A stretch of DNA of 24,000 nucleotides from an uncultured beta proteobacterium (GTDB lineage: Bacteria > Pseudomonadota > Gammaproteobacteria > Burkholderiales > Casimicrobiaceae). The notes below the pieces were generated by a model. The model had not been told where the DNA came from. It worked only from the letters and a program-made list of their open reading frames with translations, and did no database searches. The translations under genes were made by a program, and so were the position numbers. Shown here one piece after another: positions 1-7,567 of the stretch; the first letter of the stretch is position 1; each line of letters opens with the position of its first letter. Where the stretch lies: assembly GCA_963728935.1 (NCBI GenBank), contig CAVSMC010000001.1:3121591-3145590 (forward strand), read 5' to 3'.

Positions 1-286
1 CGATCCGCTCGGCCACGTGCAGCGGATGATGATACGGAAGCGGGATGACGCCGAGCCCGAGACGAAGCCGCGACGTTCGCTGCGCGAGCGCCGCGAGCAC
101 GAGCTCGGGCTTCGACGAATGCGAATAGCCCGGCATCAGATGGTGCTCGACGAGCCATGCGCCGTGAAAGCCGAGCCGGTCGGCGAGCTCCATCTCCGCG
201 AGCGCATCGGCGTAGACTTCCGATTCGCTTCGACCGAGCTGCGGCGGCACGGAGAGCTCGTAGAACAGATCGAGCAGCAGTTCGAT
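1..286 (-). CDS. LLM-class (luciferase-like) flavin-dependent oxidoreductase, 5' portion only (gene continues left of the window)
   Basis: My own minus-strand translation; the ORF is absent from the track because it runs off the edge. It reads ..(R)IELLLDLFYELSVPPQLGRSESEVYADALAEMELADRLGFHGAWLVEHHLMPGYSHSSKPELVLAALAQRTSRLRLGLGVIPLPYHHPLHVAERI. The FYEL, GFxxxWxxEHH and GxGVxxLPxxHP patterns are typical of LLM N-termini. The start is uncertain because there is no ATG or GTG. GGAGA (287-291, minus) lies 6 nt before CTG 278-280, and an in-frame TTG at 332-334 is the alternative. Confidence 0.7.
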   Translation of the reverse strand, partial: MELLLDLFYELSVPPQLGRSESEVYADALAEMELADRLGFHGAWLVEHHLMPGYSHSSKPELVLAALAQRTSRLRLGLGVIPLPYHHPLHVAERI

Positions 287-306
287 TCTCCGATCGAGGT
301 GGTGTC

Positions 307-1161
307 GTGTCGAGCCTAGCCGAACTCGCGCCAACCCGCTACGACGATCCGCTCGCGCGCATCGACTGGAGCTTGGTCGACCGCGACTGTTGGTGGATGC
401 CGCCTGCCGCGCTGTCGCTCGCCGGCGTACCCGAGTTCGAGGCGCTGCCGTTGCGTGTGCGGCAGCGTTTGTCGCACGTCGAGTACGTACATTTGCTCGA
501 AGCCGGCTTGTGGCTCGAGTCGATGTTCATGGCTCGGCTCGCTTCGCTCGCGCACCGCAGCGGCGACGTCACGCGTCGCGTGCGTCTGCTGCAGGAAGTG
601 CGCGAAGAGGCTGGCCACAGTCTGATGTTCGTCGAGCTCTTGCACCGAAGCGGCTTCGGCGTCACGGGCGATCACGGGATCGCGCTGCGCTTGGTCGATC
701 GGCTCGGACGCCTGCTGCCGAGCAACTCGGCGCTGTTCTGGGCGATGGTGGTCATCGGCGAGGAGCTTCCCGACCGGCTCAACCGCAGGCTTGCGCGCGG
801 CGTCGAGGACGCGACGCTATCGTCGGTGGTCTTTCGCATCGCTCAGATCCACACGCGCGACGAAGCCGCGCACGCCGCTTACGCTCGAACGCAGTGCGAG
901 CCGCCCGTCACGCAAGCTGCGCGGTGGCAACGGCGGTTGCTCGCGCCGGCGCTATCGGTCGCGATCGACCTCTACGCGCGCTACGTCTACTTTCCGTCGG
1001 CGGCGATCTTCGAGCGCGCAGGCCTTGCGCCGGCGACACGCTGGCGGGATCGCGCGCTCGCGAATCCGGTCCGCCGGGCGCAAGTTACCGAGATGTTGCG
1101 GCCAACGCTCGAGTTCCTGCGGCGCAACGGCTGGCGCGTGTCGAGCCGGTACGAAAAGTAG
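307..1161 (+). CDS. AurF-like (p-aminobenzoate N-oxygenase family) non-heme diiron oxygenase
   Basis: This is the ORF 157..1161 frame. The conserved family opening YDDPLARIDWSLVDRDCWWMPPAALSLAGVPEFEALP forces a start upstream of about 330. GTG 307 has GAGGTGG (295-301) 5 nt upstream. Diiron-type ExxH motifs are present: EVREEAGHSLMF and HTRDEAAHAAYA, plus LSHVEYVHLLEAG. The ATG at 157 is rejected because it gives an Arg-rich extension antisense to the LLM gene. Confidence 0.7.
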   Translation: MSSLAELAPTRYDDPLARIDWSLVDRDCWWMPPAALSLAGVPEFEALPLRVRQRLSHVEYVHLLEAGLWLESMFMARLASLAHRSGDVTRRVRLLQEVREEAGHSLMFVELLHRSGFGVTGDHGIALRLVDRLGRLLPSNSALFWAMVVIGEELPDRLNRRLARGVEDATLSSVVFRIAQIHTRDEAAHAAYARTQCEPPVTQAARWQRRLLAPALSVAIDLYARYVYFPSAAIFERAGLAPATRWRDRALANPVRRAQVTEMLRPTLEFLRRNGWRVSSRYEK

Positions 1162-1229
1162 GGTCAGACTCGACTTTTCGGAAAGTAGGGTCAGACTCGA
1201 CTTTTCGGAAATTCGAGTCTGACCCTACT
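1156..1229. repeat. REP-like element: a 27-bp perfect tandem duplication followed by an inverted copy, forming a long hairpin between convergent genes
   Basis: Unit aagtagggtcagactcgacttttcgga occurs at 1156-1182 and again at 1183-1209. The arm agtagggtcagactcga (1184-1200) pairs perfectly with tcgagtctgaccctact (1213-1229), giving a 17-bp stem and a 12-nt loop. The element starts inside the last codons of the diiron oxygenase gene and ends 3 nt before the stop of the FadL-family gene. Confidence 0.85.
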
Positions 1230-1232
1230 TTC

Positions 1233-2579
1233 TCAGAACCGGTACGCCCACTGCACGCCGAGCGACCATTGATACATCTCGATCTTTTCCTGCATCGCGG
1301 CTTGCGCGGCCGGCGGGAAGAAATTGTTGAACAAGCTCGACCCCTGCAGCTCGTTGTTGAACGCGTACATGAACGCGCCGGTCACCTCGTTCTTCGGATC
1401 CCACTTGTACGTTGCGCCTAGCGTCAGATGGTCCTTCACCACGCCGGGTGCGAGGATGTTGAACGTCACGTCGCTCGAGCGGATCGGGTTGTCGCTGTGG
1501 TTGTAGCCGCCGCGAAGCGTCCACTGCGAGTTGAGCTCGTATTGCACGCCGACCTTGAAGGCGTCGATGTCCTGCCAACCGAAGCCTGCGCCGTTCGATC
1601 CGCCGAGGCATGCCGATGCATCGCCGCCGACGCACTGTAATATGAGGTTGCCCGCGTTGCTGACGGACTTCGAATCGCTGTAGTTGATTCGCTCGTAGTC
1701 GAGCGCGACCAGCCATTGCGGTGTGGGCCGTACGGCGATTCCGACGCCCCAGTTGGATGGAATGTCGAACCCGCCGTTTTCGGCGAACAGGCCCTTGTAT
1801 TTGTCGAAGTTCTCCATGCTGATCTTCGACTGGTACGTCGCGCCGATCGCGAACTGCGGCGTCAACTGTCCGTAGTAGCCGACACGCACGCCCCATCCCG
1901 TCGAATCGTCGTACCCGCGGTTGGTGACGTTGCCGGGGCTCGTCGAAAGCCCGTCGAACGCTTGCACGCCTTCAGCCCGGAAACGCTGATAGGCGAATAG
2001 CGGCGAAATCCCGATCGAGTGGTCGGGGTGGAACTTCCAGGCGATCGTCGGCGCAATGACGAGTTGCGAAAGATCGACGCCGAGCTGGCCGTTGCCGCAG
2101 AGAAGGTTGTACGGGCCGGGCGCCGGGTTGAAACCTGTTCCCGGACCTGTCGCCGGACCACACGCGCCGGGCGAGGGGAGTTGACCGCCCGGATAGTCGG
2201 TGTTCATGCCGCCGTTGCCGTACACGGTGATACCGAGCGCGACGTCGGGCCGCACCATGTGGTTGTACGCGACCTCGGGGATGCCGAAATAGTTGCTGTC
2301 GCTGTCGGCCGATCCGTTGAGGCCGAATCCTGCGCCGTCGGTACGCTCGGCCTTGCGCCAGGGGCTGAACAGGTCGATGCCGAGCGCAAACTGATTGCCC
2401 GCATACGCCATCGTCGCCGGATTGTTGGCGCCGCCGAACGCATCCCCCGTAACGGCGATTGCCGCGCCGCCCATTCCCTTGGCCTTCATCCCATAGCCGT
2501 GGGCGAAGTAGCCGTCGGTTGCATGCACTGCGAGCGGCAGCATCGCCGCGATCGCCGCGGCAAGTAGCTTGATTTTCAT
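1233..2579 (-). CDS. FadL/TodX-family outer-membrane transport protein for hydrophobic compounds
   Basis: 448-aa ORF. It has a signal peptide, MKIKLLAAAIAAMLPLAVHA|TDGYF. The family-typical opening GYFAHGYGMKAKGMGGA is present. The protein is Gly/aromatic-rich in beta-barrel style and ends in a C-terminal ...WAYRF (terminal Phe). GAGGAAG lies 6 nt upstream of the ATG. Confidence 0.85.
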   Translation of the reverse strand: MKIKLLAAAIAAMLPLAVHATDGYFAHGYGMKAKGMGGAAIAVTGDAFGGANNPATMAYAGNQFALGIDLFSPWRKAERTDGAGFGLNGSADSDSNYFGIPEVAYNHMVRPDVALGITVYGNGGMNTDYPGGQLPSPGACGPATGPGTGFNPAPGPYNLLCGNGQLGVDLSQLVIAPTIAWKFHPDHSIGISPLFAYQRFRAEGVQAFDGLSTSPGNVTNRGYDDSTGWGVRVGYYGQLTPQFAIGATYQSKISMENFDKYKGLFAENGGFDIPSNWGVGIAVRPTPQWLVALDYERINYSDSKSVSNAGNLILQCVGGDASACLGGSNGAGFGWQDIDAFKVGVQYELNSQWTLRGGYNHSDNPIRSSDVTFNILAPGVVKDHLTLGATYKWDPKNEVTGAFMYAFNNELQGSSLFNNFFPPAAQAAMQEKIEMYQWSLGVQWAYRF

Positions 2580-2616
2580 TATTGCTTCCTCAGTGTTGTT
2601 GAAACCGTGAACCTGG

Positions 2617-2641
2617 CGGCCGCGGCGGGTAGGCGCGGCCG
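2617..2641. other. GC-rich stem-loop in the 70-nt gap between the DsrE-like and FadL-family genes
   Basis: cggccgcg (2617-2624) pairs with cgcggccg (2634-2641), giving an 8-bp stem and a 9-nt loop. No U-tract follows on the minus strand, so it is not a canonical intrinsic terminator. It may be an mRNA processing or stability element. Confidence 0.4.
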
Positions 2642-2649
2642 GAATCGAA

Positions 2650-3267
2650 TCAGATGAAAAGCGTCACGTCGGCGTCCTTCGCCATCGGCAGGAAGGATGC
2701 CGCACCGACGTATTCCTTGACGTCGGGAATGAACTGTTCGCGTTTGTAACCGAAGAGGTCGACGGTCATTTGGCATCCGATGAAGTTGACGCCCGCCTCG
2801 AGGCACAGCTGACGCAGCTCGCCGATCTCGGCGACGCCCTTGTTCTTGATCGTCTTTCTCATCATCTTCGTTGCGAACGCCTCGTAGGCCGGAATCAGCG
2901 ACTGCACGGCGTTCGGTATGTTCCAGCGGATCGATTTGAACCAAGCCGGTCCCATCGGCATCTTCATCGGCATCGCCGGATTGCCGAGCGGGCTCACCTT
3001 GAGTTTCCTCAAGTCCTTCTTCAGCAGCTCGAGGCCGTAGAAGGTGAAGAAGACCGAGACGTCCCAGCCGAGCGCGGCCGCGGTCGACGACAGGATGAAC
3101 GGCGGGTACGCCCAGTCGAGCGTCCCTTTGGTCGCGATGATCGTCATCGAAGGCGTTTTCGCCGCCTTCAGCTCGGCGAGCTTCGCTTCGAGCCTTTGCG
3201 CCAGCAGCGCGTCGATTCGCGCGTCGATCAGCCGTTCGAGATCGATCGTTTCAGGTAGCGTCGCCAT
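2650..3267 (-). CDS. DsrE/DsrF/DrsH-like sulfur-relay family protein
   Basis: 205-aa ORF. The core MTIIATKGTLDWAYPPFILSSTAAALGWDVSVFFTFYGLELLKK ... GVNFIGCQMTVDLFG is the pattern I recognise for DsrE-like proteins, with a conserved Cys in IGCQMT. GAGGAG lies upstream of the ATG. Confidence 0.75.
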   Translation of the reverse strand: MATLPETIDLERLIDARIDALLAQRLEAKLAELKAAKTPSMTIIATKGTLDWAYPPFILSSTAAALGWDVSVFFTFYGLELLKKDLRKLKVSPLGNPAMPMKMPMGPAWFKSIRWNIPNAVQSLIPAYEAFATKMMRKTIKNKGVAEIGELRQLCLEAGVNFIGCQMTVDLFGYKREQFIPDVKEYVGAASFLPMAKDADVTLFI

Positions 3268-3306
3268 GCGCGTCTCCTCGGTCGCAACAGTGTCGAAATG
3301 ATGCTA

Positions 3307-3322
3307 ATACTCCCGGGGGGTA
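3307..3322. promoter_or_regulatory. CsoR/RcnR-type operator-like site (G/C tract flanked by AT-rich inverted ends), about 40 bp upstream of the DsrE-like start
   Basis: ATACTCCCGGGGGGTA. The minus strand reads TACCCCCCGGGAGTAT. It resembles the TACT-G6-N-AGTA and TACCC..GGGTA operator classes and is the weaker match to the other two sites, with a centre one nt longer. Confidence 0.4.
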
Positions 3323-3403
3323 AGCGCAAGCGTGCAGCAAGGGGCATTGACTTGCGACAAGGCTCCGCGATTCGATGTCGTACGGTGACAACAAATCGAC
3401 GGC

Positions 3404-3419
3404 ATACCCCATAGTGTAT
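3404..3419. promoter_or_regulatory. CsoR/RcnR-type operator-like palindrome upstream of the DsrE-like/FadL genes
   Basis: ATACCCCATAGTGTAT shares both 6-nt arms (ATACCC ... GTGTAT) and the 4-nt spacing with the site at 4325-4340. Confidence 0.5.
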
Positions 3420-3551
3420 GGTGCGACTTGATAACGCAGTCGCTCGTCACGCCGCGGCATCGCGCCGCGCGGACCCAATGCACGTCAGCGGAGTCGCCGG
3501 AGCGCGCTTGCAATCACGCCTATCGACGACTCGGAGAGCGGGCGGCCCCGC

Positions 3552-4145
3552 TCAATGCTGCGGAAAGCTCGCGACGATGTTCACGTGCGTCGCGATGTCG
3601 ATGCCCGGAACGACCGCGACGCCGCCACGATCGGCGCACGATCCCGAACCGCCGCCCATGGCGTGATGGACGAAGCAGAAGCGGGCGATCGCGCGGAGCT
3701 CGAGCAGATAACCCGACCGCACGTCGCCCTCGGCGACAGGCGGTGCACCGAGCCAGTGAAAGTGCGCGTACGCGCCCGGCTGGGGAATGTCGGCGCGTTC
3801 GACAAGCCACACGGGGTGATCGTCGTCGACCTGGTAAAGGAACACAGCGTTCGCGGGCAGGCCATCAAGGGTCCAGCCGACGTCACAGGTGTTGGTCGAG
3901 CAATCGTCATGCGTCGCGATCCGAAGACCGTCCTCGGTGGTCTCGCCGGTGTAATGCACGTACAGGAAGCCCGCCAGTGCATCCGCGCCTTTCACACGCG
4001 TCTGCTGGTGGGTGTCGATTTCGTTGCCGAACAGAAAGTCGTATGGCGAAGCGTGGTCGCGCCACGGGTATCCGGCCGCAACCGCTCCGCCGGTCATCGT
4101 GAACGCCGCAACAGCGAAGAACATCGAACGGACGGCGTGCCGCAT
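3552..4145 (-). CDS. secreted or periplasmic protein of unknown function
   Basis: This is the ORF 3552..4169 frame. I prefer ATG 4143-4145 because GAGGGGG lies 5 nt upstream, whereas the track start at 4169 is a TTG. It has a signal peptide, MRHAVRSMFFAVAAFTMTGGAVAA|GYPW. The mature part is well-mixed in composition (..AHFHWLGAPP.., CSTNTC) and I do not recognise the family. Confidence 0.7.
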   Translation of the reverse strand: MRHAVRSMFFAVAAFTMTGGAVAAGYPWRDHASPYDFLFGNEIDTHQQTRVKGADALAGFLYVHYTGETTEDGLRIATHDDCSTNTCDVGWTLDGLPANAVFLYQVDDDHPVWLVERADIPQPGAYAHFHWLGAPPVAEGDVRSGYLLELRAIARFCFVHHAMGGGSGSCADRGGVAVVPGIDIATHVNIVASFPQH

Positions 4146-4324
4146 GGTGGCCCCCTCGGTGGTTGACAATCACCGGCGTTGGGCAATCTTCTCGCCTTCC
4201 GGGTTCCGCGACGGTTTGCCACCCGAGCGGCATCGACCGGAGCTTCCTTTCGATGGTGAGGCCGTCGTGACCGGTCTCGGCCTCGCGGAGGCGCAGAAAT
4301 GGACGACCGGCCGACACCCGCAGG

Positions 4325-4340
4325 ATACCCACGGGTGTAT
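4325..4340. promoter_or_regulatory. CsoR/RcnR-type operator-like palindrome overlapping a -10-like TATACT, upstream of the regulator gene
   Basis: The site is ATACCCACGGGTGTAT, with arms ATACCC and GTGTAT and a G/C-rich centre. TATACT at 4337-4342 lies 30 nt upstream of ATG 4373. Confidence 0.55.
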
Positions 4341-4372
4341 ACTAAAACGCTGAAATTGGCACGAGACAAGTG

Positions 4373-4657
4373 ATGATCGACACCGACAAATCGGCGTTGC
4401 ACGAAGCCGAATCGAAGCGGGCGATGGATGTGCGGCTCGCGCGCGTCGAAGGCCAGGTCCGCGGGGTGCGGCGAATGATCGCCGGCGACGAGGATTGCGA
4501 GGACATCGCGCTGCAACTCGCCGCCGCGCGCAAGGCGCTCGACCGGGCGTTCTACGAGATGGTGTCGTGCATGATCCGCGCCGAGGCTCCCGCCGGCGCG
4601 GCGGCGCGCCGCGAGCACGCGAAAAAGGTCGCCGATTTGCTCGCGCGGTTCGGCTAA
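4373..4657 (+). CDS. CsoR/RcnR/FrmR-family (DUF156) transcriptional repressor with an atypical two-Cys sensory site
   Basis: RLARVEGQVRGVRRMIAGDEDCEDIALQLAAARKALDRAF matches the family signature RLxRIEGQxRGxxxMxxxxxxCxDxxxQxxAxxxAL. The protein is about 94 aa and all-helical. Its stop TAA (4655-4657) overlaps the next gene's ATG (4657-4659). Confidence 0.85.
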   Translation: MIDTDKSALHEAESKRAMDVRLARVEGQVRGVRRMIAGDEDCEDIALQLAAARKALDRAFYEMVSCMIRAEAPAGAAARREHAKKVADLLARFG

Positions 4658-7545
4658 TGGCCGTGACCTCGGCTCAACCGGCGTCGAACGATGGCGCGCA
4701 AGTGCGCACGACGACCTGCTACATGTGCGCGTGCCGCTGCGGCATCCGCGTTCACCTGCGCGACGGCGAGATCCGCTACATCGACGGCAATCCGAATCAT
4801 CCGCTCAACAAGGGCGTGATCTGCGCGAAGGGCGCGTCGGGGATCATGAAGCAGCATTCGCCGGCGCGGCTCACGCGGCCGCTTCGGCGCAAGGCGGGCG
4901 CCGAGCGCGGCGCGGGCGAGTTCGAGCCGATTTCGTGGGACGAAGCGTTCGCGACGCTCGAATCGCGGCTCGCGAACATTCGCGCGAACGACCCGAAGAA
5001 GTTCGCGCTCTTCACCGGCCGCGATCAGATGCAGGCGCTGACCGGCCTTTTCGCGCGCCAGTTCGGCACGCCGAACTACGCGGCGCACGGCGGCTTCTGC
5101 TCGGTCAACATGGCCGCCGGCATGATCTACACGATCGGCGGATCGTTCTGGGAGTTCGGCGGCCCCGACCTCGATCGCGCGAAGCTGTTCGTGATGATCG
5201 GTACCGCCGAGGACCATCATTCGAATCCGCTCAAGATCGCGATTTCGAAGTTCAAGCGCGCCGGCGGCAGGTTCGTCTCGATCAATCCGATCCGCACCGG
5301 CTATTCGGCGATCGCCGACGAGTGGATCCCGATCAAGCCGGGGACCGACGGCGCGCTGCTGCTCGCGATCATCCACGAACTGCTCGCGACCGGACTCTAC
5401 GACCGCGACTTCCTCGTTCGCTATTCGAACGCCGGTCAGCTCATCGACTGCGACGAAGCGAGCGCCGATTTCGGGCTGCACGTCGCCGACGCGGCGAGCC
5501 CGGAAGTCAATCCGATGTATCCGCGCAACAAGCTATGGTGGGATCGGCTGACGCGGCGCGCCGTCGCGACGCACACGCCGGGCGCCGACCCGAGCTTGTT
5601 CGGCTCGTTCACGCTGCCCGACGGCAAGACGGTGAAGCCCGCGCTGCAGCTTCTCGACGAGCGCGTCAAGCATTGCACGCCGGAATGGGCGGCGGCGATC
5701 ACCGGCATCGCCGCGGCGACGATCCGCCGGGTTGCGCACGAGATGGGCATCACGGCGCGCGACCAGAAGATCGAGCTGCCGATCGCGTGGACCGACTCGT
5801 GGGGCGTCGAGCACGAAACCGTTACCGGCAATCCGGTTGCGTTCCACGCGATGCGCGGTCTCGCGGCGCACTCCAACGGATTCCAGACGATTCGCGCGCT
5901 CTCGATCCTGATGTCGCTGCTCGGCACGATCGACCGGCCCGGCGGCTTCCGTCATCGGCCGCCGTTTCCGCGCGCGATCCCGCCGAGCGCAAAGCCGCCG
6001 AACGGTCCGCACGCGATCAAGCCGAACACGCCGCTCGCAAGCCTCGCGCTCGGCTGGCCGGCGAGCCCGGACGATCTGTTCGTCGACGACAACGGCGATC
6101 CGGTTCGCATCGACAAGGGTTTTTCCTGGCACTACCCGCTGTCGGTGCACGGTCTGATGCACGATGTCGTGACGAATGCGTGGCGCGGCGATCCATACCG
6201 CATCGACACGCTGCTGATCTTCATGGCGAATCTCGCGTGGAACTCGACGATGCATACGACCGAGATCCGCCGGATGCTGAACGACAAGGATGCCGACGGC
6301 GAGTACAAGATTCCGTTCCTCGTCGTCTGCGATGCGTTCCAGTCGGAGACGACCGCATTCGCCGACCTTGTGCTTCCCGACACGACGTACCTCGAGCGAC
6401 ACGACGTGATGTCGATGCTCGACCGGCCGATCTCCGAATACGACGGTCCGGCCGATTCGGTCCGCGTGCCGGTCGTGCCGCCTGCGGGCGAATGCAAGCC
6501 GTTCCAGGAGGTGCTGATCGAGCTCGCGAGTCGCTTGAAGCTGCCGGCGTTCACGAGGCCCGACGGCGCGCGCAAGTTCCGCGACTATCCTGACTTCATC
6601 GTCAACTACGAGACCGAGCCGGGATCGGGCATCGGCTTCCTGTCCGGCTGGCGCGGCCCCGACGGCGACCAGTTCATGAAGGGCGCGCCGAATGCCGATC
6701 AGTGGAAGCATTACGCGGACAACGATTGCGTCTTCCACCATGAGCTGCCGCCGTCGTACCGCTACATGCGTAACTGGAACAAGGGTTACATGCAGTGGGC
6801 GCAGCGCGTGCGTCTGCGCCGCTTCGACGACCCGGTGCTCATCCAGATCTACTCCGAGGTGATGCAGCGCTTTCGACTCGCGGCGCAAGGCAAGCGACCG
6901 GGGCGGCAGCCGCCGCCGGCGTTGCGCGAGCGCATCGAGCGATATTTCGATCCGCTGCCGTTCTATCACGAGCCGCTCGAGGTCGCGCTGACCGATCGCG
7001 CACGCTATCCGCTCGCCGCGGTGACGCAACGGCCGATGGCGATGTATCACGCTTGGGATTCGCAGAACGCGTGGCTGCGCCAGATCCATGCGCACAACTA
7101 CCTGTTCGTCAATCCGGCGACGGCGCGCGCCGCTGGCATCGACGACGATGGATGGATGTGGGTGGAATCGGCGTGGGGCAAGGTCCGTTGTCAGGCGCGC
7201 TACAGCGAAGCGGTGGAGCCGTCGACGGTATGGACGTGGAACGCGATCGGCAAGGCGCCCGGCGCGTGGCGACTGTCCGAAGACGCGAACGAGTCGCAGC
7301 GCGGCTTCCTGTTGAATCACCTGATCGCCGGCGAGCTACCCGTCGACGGCGGCACGATGTCCAATTCCGATCCGATCACCGGGCAAGCCGGCTGGTACGA
7401 CGTGCGCGTTCGCATCTATCCGGCCGCGGCGGACGAGCCGAAGACGACGTGGCCGCAGTTCGACTCGACACCGGGCGCACCCGGAACGCAGACGCCGCGA
7501 AAGCGTTGGCAAGCGTTCTTCCGCGGCCGGCTGCAAGGCGAATGA
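4657..7545 (+). CDS. soeA: Mo-bisPGD (molybdopterin) oxidoreductase catalytic subunit without a Tat signal; SoeA-like (sulfite dehydrogenase, quinone)
   Basis: The true start is MAVTSAQPASNDGAQVRTTTCYMCACRCGIRVHLRDGEIRYIDGNPNHPLNKGVICAKG, which carries an N-terminal Cys cluster for a [4Fe-4S]. The protein is 962 aa. There is no RRxF(L/V)K twin-arginine motif in either the chosen or the extended N-terminus. It is followed by ferredoxin and membrane-anchor subunits. CDS confidence is high. The SoeA assignment rests on architecture plus the absence of a Tat signal and needs a homology search. Confidence 0.75.
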   Translation: MAVTSAQPASNDGAQVRTTTCYMCACRCGIRVHLRDGEIRYIDGNPNHPLNKGVICAKGASGIMKQHSPARLTRPLRRKAGAERGAGEFEPISWDEAFATLESRLANIRANDPKKFALFTGRDQMQALTGLFARQFGTPNYAAHGGFCSVNMAAGMIYTIGGSFWEFGGPDLDRAKLFVMIGTAEDHHSNPLKIAISKFKRAGGRFVSINPIRTGYSAIADEWIPIKPGTDGALLLAIIHELLATGLYDRDFLVRYSNAGQLIDCDEASADFGLHVADAASPEVNPMYPRNKLWWDRLTRRAVATHTPGADPSLFGSFTLPDGKTVKPALQLLDERVKHCTPEWAAAITGIAAATIRRVAHEMGITARDQKIELPIAWTDSWGVEHETVTGNPVAFHAMRGLAAHSNGFQTIRALSILMSLLGTIDRPGGFRHRPPFPRAIPPSAKPPNGPHAIKPNTPLASLALGWPASPDDLFVDDNGDPVRIDKGFSWHYPLSVHGLMHDVVTNAWRGDPYRIDTLLIFMANLAWNSTMHTTEIRRMLNDKDADGEYKIPFLVVCDAFQSETTAFADLVLPDTTYLERHDVMSMLDRPISEYDGPADSVRVPVVPPAGECKPFQEVLIELASRLKLPAFTRPDGARKFRDYPDFIVNYETEPGSGIGFLSGWRGPDGDQFMKGAPNADQWKHYADNDCVFHHELPPSYRYMRNWNKGYMQWAQRVRLRRFDDPVLIQIYSEVMQRFRLAAQGKRPGRQPPPALRERIERYFDPLPFYHEPLEVALTDRARYPLAAVTQRPMAMYHAWDSQNAWLRQIHAHNYLFVNPATARAAGIDDDGWMWVESAWGKVRCQARYSEAVEPSTVWTWNAIGKAPGAWRLSEDANESQRGFLLNHLIAGELPVDGGTMSNSDPITGQAGWYDVRVRIYPAAADEPKTTWPQFDSTPGAPGTQTPRKRWQAFFRGRLQGE

Positions 7546-7567
7546 GCGCCGGCCGCCGCCCGCTGTC

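Noticed and set aside
157-306. Upstream ATG start for the diiron oxygenase, and the 17..319 plus-strand ORF
   Set aside because: Both lie antisense to the well-supported LLM oxidoreductase N-terminus and translate to Arg-rich sequence. GTG 307 has a good Shine-Dalgarno sequence.
1156-1209. Possible CRISPR array, from the two identical 27-bp repeats
   Set aside because: The two copies are directly adjacent with no spacers, there are only two of them, they are followed by an inverted copy, and no cas genes are present. It is a REP-type element.
4495-4656. 54-codon N-terminal extension of the molybdoenzyme ORF, which could have hidden a Tat leader
   Set aside because: The extension overlaps the CsoR-family gene in another frame. 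It is Arg/Gly-rich with no hydrophobic h-region or RRxFLK motif. The TAATG junction at 4655-4659 gives a clean coupled start.
5533-7320. 595-aa minus-strand ORF, together with the 4725..6593 plus-strand alternative frame, inside the molybdoenzyme gene
   Set aside because: Both are shadow frames of a strongly supported 962-aa Mo-bisPGD subunit, and their Arg/Pro-rich composition is not protein-like.
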